A stretch of 64,000 nt of DNA, from the NCBI GenBank assembly GCA_035404085.1, contig DAONGL010000001.1, positions 135,878 through 199,877 on the forward strand. The letters run 5' to 3'. The notes under the pieces are model-generated. The model saw only the letters and a program-made list of their open reading frames with translations. It was not told where the DNA came from and ran no database searches. Of the stretch, positions 43,234 through 53,000 are shown one piece after another; position 1 is the first letter of the stretch, and every line of letters begins with the position of its first letter. The DNA is from Methanomassiliicoccales archaeon (lineage in GTDB: Archaea > Thermoplasmatota > Thermoplasmata > Methanomassiliicoccales > UBA472). Position numbers and translations under genes: made by a program.

Positions 43234-43380
43234 CTACCGGCCCTTTATGACCTTCTTGACGTTGGGCCGCTCCTTGTAGAACAGCTTGGAGCCGCAGCTC
43301 TCGCACTGTATACCGACCTGATTGAGGTTGGAGCGGGTGGTCTTTTCGCACTGGGCGCACTTGTAGTTCAATTGATTCAC
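43234..43380 (-). CDS. rpoP: DNA-directed RNA polymerase subunit P (Rpo12)
   Basis: Zinc ribbon 'YKCAQCEKTTRSNLNQVGIQCESCGSKLFYKERP'. There is no in-frame ATG. Candidate starts are GTG 43380 (GTGA overlap with the L37ae stop) or TTG 43371. Confidence 0.8.
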   Translation of the reverse strand: MNQLNYKCAQCEKTTRSNLNQVGIQCESCGSKLFYKERPNVKKVIKGR

Positions 43381-43643
43381 TCCTTGGCGTGGGCGGCCAG
43401 TATCTCCTTGGACACGGCCTCTCTGGTCCTGGGGGAGTAACAAGCGGCGGCGAACTTGGCCTCGCAATGCCTGCAGGCCCAGATCCCGGACGCGACTCTC
43501 TTGACACTAACGTGGTGGCAGCTGGGGCACTCGAACCTGGACCGCTGGGTCTTCTCGATGTCCCTGGTCAGCTTCCTGACGACCACACCGTACCTGGCTC
43601 CATATCTTCCGGAGCTTCCTGCCTTTACTGTTCTCTTTGCCAT
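43377..43643 (-). CDS. rpl37ae: 50S ribosomal protein eL43 (L37Ae)
   Basis: 'MAKRTVKAGSSGRYGARYG...CPSCHHVSVKRVASGIWACRHC'. Confidence 0.93.
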   Translation of the reverse strand: MAKRTVKAGSSGRYGARYGVVVRKLTRDIEKTQRSRFECPSCHHVSVKRVASGIWACRHCEAKFAAACYSPRTREAVSKEILAAHAKE

Positions 43644-43648
43644 TGGAA

Positions 43649-44422
43649 TCACCCGATAAGCTTTCTAATCTCAATGCCCAATCTGCGGGAGGTCTCGATC
43701 GCCGTCTTGACCTGTTCCAACGTTAGCGCCCCGGTCAGCCCTTTCTGCATGGCCCGGAGGTCTCCATTGTCATCAGTGGTAACGGTCAGCCTAGCTGTTG
43801 CGACCTTTTCTTCGTCGAGAGTCGGGTCAACTAATAAAGAGTTTTCTATCTGCATCGAGGTGATAGAGATCGGCGTGCAGGTGGTAGGCATCGGGTAGTC
43901 CTCGCCTAGGCCATTGGCCTTGGCCGGAACGATGGCGCTCTTGATGGCGGCGACCGCACCCAGGCTGCAGGCGTCGAACAGGTTACCGTCGAAGTCCAGG
44001 ACGTAGATGTCCACGAAGTTTATCCAGACCTTCTTGCCCGGTTCGATGCACAACTTCTCGAGGTCTATCATCTGGCTTTCCCGGATGCCACGGTCGACGA
44101 CCCTGGACAGCTCGATGGACTCCGGGTCCGGAGGTCCAGACTCGAAGCTGGGGGAGGCCATCGGAATGAGCTCGGCGTTGGTGGACAGAACTCCCTTGTT
44201 AGGGGTGTCCGAGAACGGCTCCCCCACGGTCATCTTGACACCGACTATTACCTCGGTGTTGCCTATCTTGACCCGGGAGGACCCCTCGGCGGTCTCCACG
44301 ACGTTGGTCTGTATTGATATCTCGCGGACCTGGTCCCAGGCCCTTCCGTCAACGCGCTTTCCGTCGGCGATAAGCTTGTGGATGTGGTCCCTCTTGATCT
44401 CGGAAACTATGGATCTTGCCAT
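43649..44422 (-). CDS. rrp42: Exosome complex component Rrp42
   Basis: RNase PH-like, 'DGRAWDQVREISIQTNVVETAEGSSRVKIGNTEV', in the conserved order after rrp41. Confidence 0.9.
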   Translation of the reverse strand: MARSIVSEIKRDHIHKLIADGKRVDGRAWDQVREISIQTNVVETAEGSSRVKIGNTEVIVGVKMTVGEPFSDTPNKGVLSTNAELIPMASPSFESGPPDPESIELSRVVDRGIRESQMIDLEKLCIEPGKKVWINFVDIYVLDFDGNLFDACSLGAVAAIKSAIVPAKANGLGEDYPMPTTCTPISITSMQIENSLLVDPTLDEEKVATARLTVTTDDNGDLRAMQKGLTGALTLEQVKTAIETSRRLGIEIRKLIG

Positions 44423-44424
44423 CT

Positions 44425-45204
44425 TCAGGCCTCCTCGATTACGTCCTCAGCAGGTTCCTTGGGCTCTTCCTCGGCCTCTCCGTTGACGATAGCGTAGCGG
44501 CGGCGCAAGGCGTCCTTCTGCAGAGCGTATATCTCATGGCAGGCCTTGACGCCCATCTCCAGGGCCTGGTCGAACTCCGCCTGGGTCAGGTGCCCGTCCA
44601 TCTGCATCAGCAATACCTCGCCGGTGCGGGGGATCATGGCTATCGGCAGATCGGCCTGACCGTAGTTGTCCTCCTCCTTGTTCAGGTCCAGGACCACCTG
44701 GTCGTTGACCTTTCCGACGGCGACGGCGGGGACCAGGTCCTTCATCGGTATCCCGGCATCGGCCAGGGCCACCGCGGCCGCGACCAGCCCGGCGCATCTG
44801 GTGCCGGCATTGGCCTGCAGTACCTCTATGTACACATCAATGGAAGTGCGGGGGTAGTTCTCGGTGAACACCACGTACTCCATGGCCTCGGATATCAGCT
44901 TGGATATCTCCACCGAGCGGCGGTCCGGTCCGGGCCTCTTGCGGTCCGAGACGGAGAAGGATATCATGTTGTACTTGCACTGGACAATGGCCTTGGCCGG
45001 GTTCTGCATGTGTCGGGGGTGGCACTCCCTTGGTCCGTAGACGGCTGCCAACACCTTGTTCTTCCCTATCTCCACATACGCAGAGCCATCGGCGCTCTTG
45101 AGCACTCCGGCCTCGATCTTCATCGGCCGGAGCTCATCTACCTTCCGGCCGTCTATCCTTATACCATTTTCATCGATGAGCTTCATATCAGAATTTCCAC
45201 CCAT
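44425..45204 (-). CDS. rrp41: Exosome complex exonuclease Rrp41
   Basis: '[43 protein letters not shown]' RNase PH domain. Confidence 0.92.
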   Translation of the reverse strand: MGGNSDMKLIDENGIRIDGRKVDELRPMKIEAGVLKSADGSAYVEIGKNKVLAAVYGPRECHPRHMQNPAKAIVQCKYNMISFSVSDRKRPGPDRRSVEISKLISEAMEYVVFTENYPRTSIDVYIEVLQANAGTRCAGLVAAAVALADAGIPMKDLVPAVAVGKVNDQVVLDLNKEEDNYGQADLPIAMIPRTGEVLLMQMDGHLTQAEFDQALEMGVKACHEIYALQKDALRRRYAIVNGEAEEEPKEPAEDVIEEA

Positions 45205-45214
45205 TTAAAACACC

Positions 45215-45898
45215 TCACTCTTCCTTGCGATATACCGATTCCAGGAATTCCTTTACCCGCTCGGTCAGTTTCAGGGTCTGCGCTCCCTCGTCTATCATCT
45301 TTATGGCCTGCATGGCGTGCACCATGTCCTCCATGTTACCGTCCATCCATATCCTGCCGTTCTGTCCGATGAAGATGCGGCAGTTGGTGTAGGTCTTGAT
45401 CATCTGGATCATGGAGCCGTTCTTTCCGATCACACGGGGCACCTTGCTGTGGGAGATCTCCACGATCTGTCCTCCCTGCAGCTTGCGGAGCCCCTGCTCC
45501 TTCATGGTGACCTGCACCCTCTTGGTCTCGTCCACCGACAGGACCTTGGCCAGCAAAGTGTCGCCGACCGACAGGTAACGGGCGGTGTCACCGAACTCGA
45601 CGCGCCACGGAACCTCGTTCACGTGCAGGGGCGCCGGGTAGGGCGAGAATATGTCCACCAGCCAGTTGGAAGGTCCGATATCGATGACCTTACCGATGAT
45701 CATGTCCCCGGGGGCCGGTATGTACCTGCCGCCCAGCGGGATGACGTTCACAAAGTTCGACTTGACGCTCTTGATGCCCAGCATCGCAGCGAAGATCTTG
45801 CCATCACTGACAAAGGTCCCCTCGCCAGGCTTCATGGTCCCGTCGTCCAGAAGGTCTCCGGGAAGCACCAGTTCTCTGGTCATGCTCTCATTGTTCAT
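45215..45898 (-). CDS. rrp4: Exosome complex RNA-binding protein Rrp4
   Basis: S1 domain 'PGDMIIGKVIDIGPSNWLVDI' plus KH domain 'KVPRVIGKNGSMIQMIK'. Confidence 0.92.
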   Translation of the reverse strand: MNNESMTRELVLPGDLLDDGTMKPGEGTFVSDGKIFAAMLGIKSVKSNFVNVIPLGGRYIPAPGDMIIGKVIDIGPSNWLVDIFSPYPAPLHVNEVPWRVEFGDTARYLSVGDTLLAKVLSVDETKRVQVTMKEQGLRKLQGGQIVEISHSKVPRVIGKNGSMIQMIKTYTNCRIFIGQNGRIWMDGNMEDMVHAMQAIKMIDEGAQTLKLTERVKEFLESVYRKEE

Positions 45899-45923
45899 TT
45901 TATCACTCTTGGAATGTTATAGG

Positions 45924-46622
45924 TCATTTCTTCAGCTGCTTGGTCTCTACTTCGCCATGGGTCTTGGCGTTCAGGCGGTGGAACAGGTCGTCGCGAAGAC
46001 CGGCGGGTATCTCCACCACGCCGATCCAATCACCGTTCTTCTGCCATTCTTCATTGGTTATCTTGCCCATCTCCTTCATGTCATCGTAGCAGCGGCCATA
46101 TTCGTCGGCCTTCAGCTTGACGGCTATGCGCACCGTGTCAAAGCGTATCGGTATCAATGGACGCAGCTTGTCCATTACCTGCTGCACCTGTACGTCCACC
46201 GGCTTGAAGGCATCGATGTGGACCTTGGCCTCTTCCATGGCCATCTCTATTCGCGCCGGGGTGTGTGGGCCGCCGGTCTGCGGGTTTATGGCGTTGCGGG
46301 CGATGGTGGCTATTATGCGAAGCCGCTTGCTCTCCAGCATCTCCTTGCGTTGCTGGGCGGTGAGCTGCACCTCGCCCTTGATAATGATCACCTTGGCGAT
46401 CTCCGCCGCGTCCAGGGTGCCGAAGACCTCCTTCAGCTTGTCCTCGGAAGCCCTGGTGCCTTTATGGGCGTTCTTGAAGATCTCGTCGATGACCATATAG
46501 TCTATCAGCTCGACCTCCTTTCCCTCCTTGAGGTGGTTGACGACCTTGGGGTCGATCAGAACCTCAAAGGTCTCGCCGTGGGATTCCAGGCGGGCCACGA
46601 TCGCCTCATCCAGGTCGACCAT
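45924..46622 (-). CDS. sdo1: Ribosome maturation protein SDO1 (SBDS family)
   Basis: 'ARLESHGETFEVLIDPKVVNHLKEG...DEIFKNAHKG'. Confidence 0.9.
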   Translation of the reverse strand: MVDLDEAIVARLESHGETFEVLIDPKVVNHLKEGKEVELIDYMVIDEIFKNAHKGTRASEDKLKEVFGTLDAAEIAKVIIIKGEVQLTAQQRKEMLESKRLRIIATIARNAINPQTGGPHTPARIEMAMEEAKVHIDAFKPVDVQVQQVMDKLRPLIPIRFDTVRIAVKLKADEYGRCYDDMKEMGKITNEEWQKNGDWIGVVEIPAGLRDDLFHRLNAKTHGEVETKQLKK

Positions 46623-46634
46623 CTAAAACCCCGA

Positions 46635-47357
46635 TTACTCCTGGTTGACCTTGGCGATGAAGGTTTCCACCTCAGAATCGTCGAGGCGGCGGAAGTTCTC
46701 CCCATGGCGGACCACTCCGATCTCCACGGCCTTGGGGTTGAGCTTCTCTTCCTCGGTGGCCTTCTTGAGGGCCTTGAGACCCAGGGTGACCGCGTCCTCC
46801 ATGGACATGCCTTCCTGGTAGTCCTCCTCGAAGACCTCCATCACGACGTTCCTACCGGCACCTATGCTTCCCGCCTTGTAGGAAACGAGAGCGCCGCTGG
46901 GGTCGGTTTCGAACAGGTGCTCGCCCTGGTCGTCCACCCCGGCCACGAGCAACGCGGTGCCGAAAGGCCTCACGCCGCCGTACTGGGTGTAGTTCTGCTT
47001 GTAGTCGCAGATTCTCTTCACTAGGTCCTCCACCCCGGCCCTCTCATCATAGGTTATCTTGTTTATCTGGGCCAGGACCCTGGCCTGGTCCACAAGGATG
47101 CGCGCGTCGGCGACCAGGCCGGATGTGGCGCAGCCTATGTGATGATCGATCTGGAATATCTTCTCAATGGATTTGGGCTCCATCAATCGGCTAGCTATCC
47201 TCTTGTCGACGATGAGCACCACTCCGTCCTTGAACTTCAGGCCGACGGTGGTCGTGCCCCGCTTTACCGCCTCACGAGCGTACTCTACTTGAAAGAGCCG
47301 GCCATCAGGAGAAAAAACCGTTATGGCCCTGTCATATGCCATCTGTCCTGGTTGCAT
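46635..47357 (-). CDS. psmA: Proteasome subunit alpha
   Basis: '[27 protein letters not shown]'. Confidence 0.95.
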   Translation of the reverse strand: MQPGQMAYDRAITVFSPDGRLFQVEYAREAVKRGTTTVGLKFKDGVVLIVDKRIASRLMEPKSIEKIFQIDHHIGCATSGLVADARILVDQARVLAQINKITYDERAGVEDLVKRICDYKQNYTQYGGVRPFGTALLVAGVDDQGEHLFETDPSGALVSYKAGSIGAGRNVVMEVFEEDYQEGMSMEDAVTLGLKALKKATEEEKLNPKAVEIGVVRHGENFRRLDDSEVETFIAKVNQE

Positions 47358-47452
47358 TAAATCACTCCAATTATCCTCGATTCATGCCACCTAAGTTATG
47401 AGGACGTATATATCTCTTGGGGATTATACGAAAAACCAGAAGGCCGGTCCAG

Positions 47453-47761
47453 TCATCCTCTGGTCTCGGTCTCCGCAAAGTACTTTTGACGCAAGGTCAA
47501 CAAGGTTCCGGAAGTGCTCAAGGTCTCGATCATGCCTTGGGGGTCCGAACGTTCGGCCAGTAACGAAACGACCTTTTCCTTGTCGAGCGGAGAGCAGCGT
47601 AATATGCCCATCCGGCCATCGAACTGAATGACCTTGGGCACCTTGATCCCCTTGGGGGACAGGGTGGCGTTGAGCTTGGCTAGAAGCTGTTCATCTGAAA
47701 GTTTGCCATCCACTCGGAACGCTATGTAGCGTCGCCGGCCCCTTTTCTCCTTGACCACCAT
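47453..47761 (-). CDS. rnp2: RNase P protein component 2 (Pop5)
   Basis: 'KRGRRRYIAFRVDG', ~100 aa, in the conserved position upstream of psmA in the exosome superoperon. Confidence 0.8.
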   Translation of the reverse strand: MVVKEKRGRRRYIAFRVDGKLSDEQLLAKLNATLSPKGIKVPKVIQFDGRMGILRCSPLDKEKVVSLLAERSDPQGMIETLSTSGTLLTLRQKYFAETETRG

Positions 47762-47770
47762 CCGGCGCCC

Positions 47771-48838
47771 TCATCTGCTCTTGAAGGACTCGACGATGCT
47801 GTTGAACTTGACTCCAGTGAGCACCACCAAGACCCTCATCTCGTTCTTTATGTCACCGTGAACGGCACAGCCCCAGATTATGCGGGCGCGCGGGTCTATC
47901 CTCTCGCTCACCAGCAGGGCGGCCTTCTCCGCCTCGGTGACCGTCAGGTCCTCGCCGCCTATGACGCGAACCAAGGCGCCCTTGGCCTGTTTCAGGTCCA
48001 CGTCGCCGAGCATCGGGGAGGACAGGGCGTCCTCTATGCACATCTCGGCCCTCTGCCCGTACTCGCTCGATTCTCCTAGCCCGATCAAGGCCATGCCGCC
48101 GTTCCTCATTATGGTCAGCAGGTCGTTGAAGTCGATGTTGATCAGTCCAGGCTTGGTGAGAGCATCGGTGATCCCCTTTATGCTCTGCATGAGCACCTCA
48201 TCGGTCACCCGGAACGCCGCCTCAAGAGGTAGCTTGGGGACCAGTTCCAGCAACCGGTCGTTCTGCAGTACGATGGTCGTGTCGCACTTCTCCTTGAGGT
48301 GTTCCAGTCCCTTGATGGCGTTGGCCATGCGCACCGCGCCCTCGGCCTTGAACGGAAGGGTGACCACTCCGATGGTCAAAGCTCCAGCCCTCTTGGCCAG
48401 ATCGGCCACGACCGGTGCGGAACCAGTGCCGGTGCCGCCGCCCATCCCCGCCACCACGAATACGATGTTCTGTCCGTCTACATATTTCCAGAGGTCGTTC
48501 TCCGATTCCTCGGCGGCCTTCTGACCCACCTCCGGTAGCGACCCGGAACCCAATCCCTTGGTCATGCTCCGGCCCATCAGGATCTTGTGGTGGGCCTGGA
48601 TGGACAGCAGGTGCCTGGCGTCGGTGTTACAGGCCACCAATTTTACCCCATCCACGCCTGCCTGGTACATTCGTCGGACGGTATTCGAGCCGCCTCCTCC
48701 GCATCCGATGATGGCGATCTTGATCTTCAGCGACTCGACCAATGCCCGCAGCTCATCATCGTCAGCGCTGGAAGATATCATCGGCTGCTCGGCCTCTTTT
48801 TGGAACATATCATCGAACAAAGGGGAAATGGCACCCAC
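47771..48838 (-). CDS. ftsZ: Cell division GTPase FtsZ
   Basis: 'IAIIGCGGGGSNTV' and the tubulin signature 'GMGGGTGTGSAPVVA'. Confidence 0.95.
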   Translation of the reverse strand: MGAISPLFDDMFQKEAEQPMISSSADDDELRALVESLKIKIAIIGCGGGGSNTVRRMYQAGVDGVKLVACNTDARHLLSIQAHHKILMGRSMTKGLGSGSLPEVGQKAAEESENDLWKYVDGQNIVFVVAGMGGGTGTGSAPVVADLAKRAGALTIGVVTLPFKAEGAVRMANAIKGLEHLKEKCDTTIVLQNDRLLELVPKLPLEAAFRVTDEVLMQSIKGITDALTKPGLINIDFNDLLTIMRNGGMALIGLGESSEYGQRAEMCIEDALSSPMLGDVDLKQAKGALVRVIGGEDLTVTEAEKAALLVSERIDPRARIIWGCAVHGDIKNEMRVLVVLTGVKFNSIVESFKSR

Positions 48839-48904
48839 CTGCCTTATGAATATTCTATAAAGTATAAAAAGGCAAGGAAGACCAGCGTGAGCCGCTCAGA
48901 TCCT

Positions 48905-49648
48905 TTACACGGTCTCGAAAACGGTCCCGCAGCTTGAGCATCGATCGTCCTCGGGGGTCAGGCGTACCCCGCACTCCGGGCAGATCTCACCTAGGAACGT
49001 GCCGCATTCGCACTTACCTCGATTGGCATCGAACTCCCGTCCGCAGAACGGGCAGATCACCAGGCGAATGTCCTCGAACCGCTCATGACAGTACGGGCAC
49101 TCGTTCTCCCCTTCTCGGATCTGCGTTCCGCACACCGGGCAATAGAACATGCCATCCTCGTCCGAGATTATCGCCCCGCACTCACAGGTTCCCGAGTCCT
49201 TGTAGACCATCCTCTCGCACATCGGGCACTTGATGCACTCCATCTCCGGGTAGATGGCGATCTGCTCGACCTGCTCCGGCGTGTAGGTGCGTTGGCAGTA
49301 GGGGCAGAACTCGGTCCTTTTCAAGCAGGTTATATGAAAGATCTTGCCGCAATCGCATTTTACGTGCGGAAGGCCGTGCTTAAGCTTGCCCATGCATATC
49401 TGGCAGATCAGTCCTTCTCCTCTCACTGGACGGATCTTGACCCGGGGCTCCGGCGGGCTCAACGGATCGATCCTGTCCTCGTGAAAGGTCCAGCCCTTGC
49501 CTCCGTTCCGGCCTCGGCTTGTTATCATGTAGTATATAGGGGTCAGGCTCGACAACCCCAGCGAACCGAGGAACAGGGTGAGCAGCACCTTGGAGCGGAC
49601 CACCTTTCCTAATAAATCAGTTGCCCCCTGATTATTGAAATCCGTCAT
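48905..49648 (-). CDS. Membrane-anchored multi-zinc-ribbon protein with C4HC3 (RING-variant/PHD-like) module
   Basis: One N-terminal hydrophobic helix, 'VLLTLFLGSLGLSSLTPIYYMI'. Then 'CQIC-x12-CDC-x4-H-x2-C-x6-CPYC', followed by about five more CxxC...CxxC ribbons. Confidence 0.65.
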   Translation of the reverse strand: MTDFNNQGATDLLGKVVRSKVLLTLFLGSLGLSSLTPIYYMITSRGRNGGKGWTFHEDRIDPLSPPEPRVKIRPVRGEGLICQICMGKLKHGLPHVKCDCGKIFHITCLKRTEFCPYCQRTYTPEQVEQIAIYPEMECIKCPMCERMVYKDSGTCECGAIISDEDGMFYCPVCGTQIREGENECPYCHERFEDIRLVICPFCGREFDANRGKCECGTFLGEICPECGVRLTPEDDRCSSCGTVFETV

Positions 49649-49997
49649 GGACGATGGTCAAACGGATTACGGTCAAAACCCGTTTCCCATACATGCATGC
49701 TATTTCTTCCGAATAGTGAAACGATAAAAGCGAAAAGCTCTTAAACGGTAAGCAATCACGAGAACACCATGTCCTGCCTCTCGACAGAACACATAATGTT
49801 GAAATATGGACATTTTAATCCCGAAGGCACTGCTCTGTTATCAGGGATGAGATCCCTGACGTTCCAGGCTCCAGGGATAGACATTCGTGGAGGTACCCAT
49901 TCGCCTCAAGGGGGCAGGTATGCGAAGGGTAGGGGACCACGGTCCTATATTCTGGTTCGGAGTGGGGCCCTAATAGGAGGGAGAGGCAACTGAGCGG

Positions 49998-50004
49998 TTT
50001 AAAG
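49998..50004 (+). promoter_or_regulatory. TATA-like box upstream of hdrA
   Basis: 'GGTTTAAAGT'. It lies only ~16 nt before the track's TTG start at 50020, which suggests transcription starts inside that extension and that translation begins at GTG 50086 or TTG 50092, behind GGAGG (50080-50084). Confidence 0.35.
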
Positions 50005-50019
50005 TCAATATTCGGCGGA

Positions 50020-53000
50020 TTGTTCGACAAGGGATCTAAAAAGGAACAAACGGCCGAAGGATCGAAAGATGATACAAAAGGAGGAGTGAATTTGGAATCA
50101 AAAAGCGGTTCTGTTTTGGTGGTAGGGGGCGGCATCGGCGGTGTCCAGACCTCTTTGGACCTGGCTGAGTCAGGGTTCAAGGTCTACATGGTCGAGAACA
50201 AGGCCAGCATCGGCGGTGTCATGTCCCAGTTGGACAAGACCTTCCCGACCAACGATTGTTCGATGTGCATCCTGTCGCCTAAGTTAGTAGAGGCAGCGAG
50301 GCACCCCATGATCAGCATGATGACCTTGACCGAGGTCATGGGCGTTGAGGGAGAGGCCGGTAACTTCACGGTTACTTTGAAGAAGAAGCCCCGGTACGTC
50401 CGGGAGGACAGATGCGTCGGCTGCGGCCTTTGCGCGGAGAAGTGTCCGTCAAAGGTGCCCGCCGAGTACGAGCTGGGCCTGATGAACAGGAAGGCGATCT
50501 ACGTCGCTTACGCCCAGGCCGTGCCGATGAAGTACGCCATCGACGCTGACAAGTGCCTTTATCTCCAGAAGGGCAAGTGCGGGAACTGCAAGAAGGTCTG
50601 TCCCGCTGACGCCATCGACTACGAGATGAAGGAAGAGATCCAAAAGATCCACGTGGGTGCAGTGGTTCTGGCGCCTGGTTACGAGCTATTCGACGCCCGC
50701 CTGAAGAAGGAGTACGGCTACAAGGAGTTCAAGAACGTCCTGAACAGCCTGGAGTTCGAGCGGGTACTGAGCGCCACCGGTCCCTACCAGGGACACGTGG
50801 TCAGGCCGTCCGACCACCAGACCCCCAAGAAGGTCGCTTTCATCCAGTGCGTCGGTTCCAGGGACGAGAAGGTAGGAAACCCCTTCTGCTCGTCCGTCTG
50901 CTGCATGTACGCCCTGAAGCAGGCCATAATCGCCGGGGAGCATTCCACCGGTCTGAAGTCCACCATATTCTTCATGGACGTCAGGGCCTTTGGAAAGGAG
51001 TTCGAGGACTACGCCAAGAGGGCCGAGAACGAGTACGGCATCAAGATGCACCGCGGGACCCGCGTTGCCTCCGTCGATGAGACCGAGGGTAACAACCTGC
51101 TCCTGCGCTACAGCGACGGAGCAAACGTCCTGGCCGAGGAGTTCGACCTGGTCGTTCTGTCCGCCGGCTTCCAGCCTCCGGCACAGGCCAAGGCCCTGGC
51201 CGACCGCCTGGGATTCAAGCTGAACGAGTTCGGCTTCTGCGAGACCGGGGTCTACAGCCCGCTGGAGACCACCAAGAAGGGAATCTACGTCACCGGCGCC
51301 TTCAGCGCCCCCAAGGACATCCCGACCACCGTCGCTGAGGCCAGCGGCGCCGCCGCCAAGGCCGGTGCCCACGTCTTCAACAACCGCATCAGCATCGATA
51401 CCGTGGTCAAGGAGACCCCAGAGACCGATGTTGCTGGACAGGAACCCCGCATAGGGGTGTTCGTCTGCGACTGCGGCATTAACATCCGCGGGACCGTAGA
51501 CTGCCCGTCCGTCGTGGAGTATGTGAAGGCCCTGCCGAACGTGGTGTACGCCGTGGAGAACAAGTACACCTGCTCCGCCGATACTCAGGAAGCGATCAAG
51601 AAGACCATCAAGGAACACAACCTGAACCGCGTGGTAGTTGCTTCTTGCACTCCCAGGACCCACGAGGCCCTGTTCCAGAGCACCATCAAGGAGGCCGGCC
51701 TGAACCCGTTCCTCTTCGAGATGGCCAACATCCGTGACCAGTGCTCCTGGATACACATGCACGAGCCGGAGAAGGCCACCGAGAAGGCCAAGGACCTGAC
51801 CCGCATGGCGGTAGCCAAGTCCCGGTTCCTCGAGCCGTTGACCAAGTCCAAGCTGGGCGTCAACCACTCCGCCGTCGTGGTCGGCGGTGGACTGGCCGGA
51901 ATGACCGCTGCTCTGGACATAGCCGCCCAGGGATTCAAGGTCGACATCCTGGAGGTAACCGGTGCCATGGGTGGAAACTTGGCCAACCTGTACACCGACG
52001 AGGGAGGCATCTCCCCGAGGAAGTACATCAAGGACCTGGAAGCCAAGGTTCGCGCCAACCACAAGATCAGCGTGCACCTCAACACCACCGTGATGGACGT
52101 CGCCGGCTTCGTCGGCAACTTCAAGGTGAAGGTCACTGGCGATAAGGAGATCGAGACCGGAGCGATAGTCGTCGCCACCGGCGCCAAGGCCTATGTCCCG
52201 ACCGAGTACAACTACGGCAAGGACAAGAAGGTGGTAACCCAGAACGACCTGGAGAAGGCCCTCGTGGAAGGCAGCTTCCATGGCAAGAACGTGGTCATGG
52301 TCCAGTGCGTCGGTTCCAGGAACACCGAGGCGCCCTACTGTAGCCGCGTCTGCTGCTCGAAGGCGGTCAAGAACGCCATCGAGATCAAGAAAAAGGACCC
52401 CAAGGCCCAGGTCTACATCCTGCACAAGGACATCAGGACCTATGGGTTCAGGGAGACCATGTACAAGGAGGCTGGGGAGCTCGGAGTGAAGTTCATCCGC
52501 TACCCGGAGGACAAGATGCCCGAGATGACCTCGGACGGCAAGATCGTGGTCGAGGACACCGTCCTTGGCGCCCCGGTCCAACTGTCCCCCGACTGCCTCG
52601 TTCTGAGCGTAGGAATACGCCCGAACGATGACAACGAGGAGCTGGCCAAGATGTGCAAGGTGCCCCTGAGCAAGGATAAATACTTCCTTGAGGCGCACAT
52701 GAAGCTGAGGCCGGTCGACTTCGCCACCAGCGGCATATACCTGGCTGGACTGGCCCACTGGCCGAAGTTCATCGATGAGACCATCGGACAGGCTTCCGGA
52801 GCGGCCTCCAGGGCACTGACCATAATATCGAAGCAGTACCTCGAGACCCAGGGCATCATCGCCGCGGTTAACGAGATGGTGTGCAACGGTTGCGGCGTGT
52901 GCGAGCCAGTGTGCGAGTACAAGGCCATAACCATCGTGGGCGACCCCAACACTCCCGAGAGGCGCAAGGCCGTCATCAACGAAGGCCTGTGCATGGGATG

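Noticed and set aside
45651-47024. 457-aa plus-strand ORF
   Set aside because: It is antisense across three well-supported genes (rrp4, sdo1, psmA). Its sequence is low-complexity (L/V/G/H/D-rich) with no motifs.
49649-50019. Possibility that the large intergenic region hides RNase P RNA, SRP RNA or a known riboswitch
   Set aside because: I looked for the hallmark strings as I remember them (GAGGAAAGUCC-type CR-I of RNase P RNA, the SRP helix-8 GGAA/GNAR region, TPP CUGAGA...ACCUGAUCUGGAUAAUGCCAGCG). None is present. I could not run a covariance-model scan.
49769-50180. Two ORFs (74 aa plus strand, 121 aa minus strand) in the hdrA upstream region
   Set aside because: They have no motifs and atypical composition. 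The minus-strand ORF overlaps the hdrA 5' end. The region is better explained as regulatory non-coding DNA.
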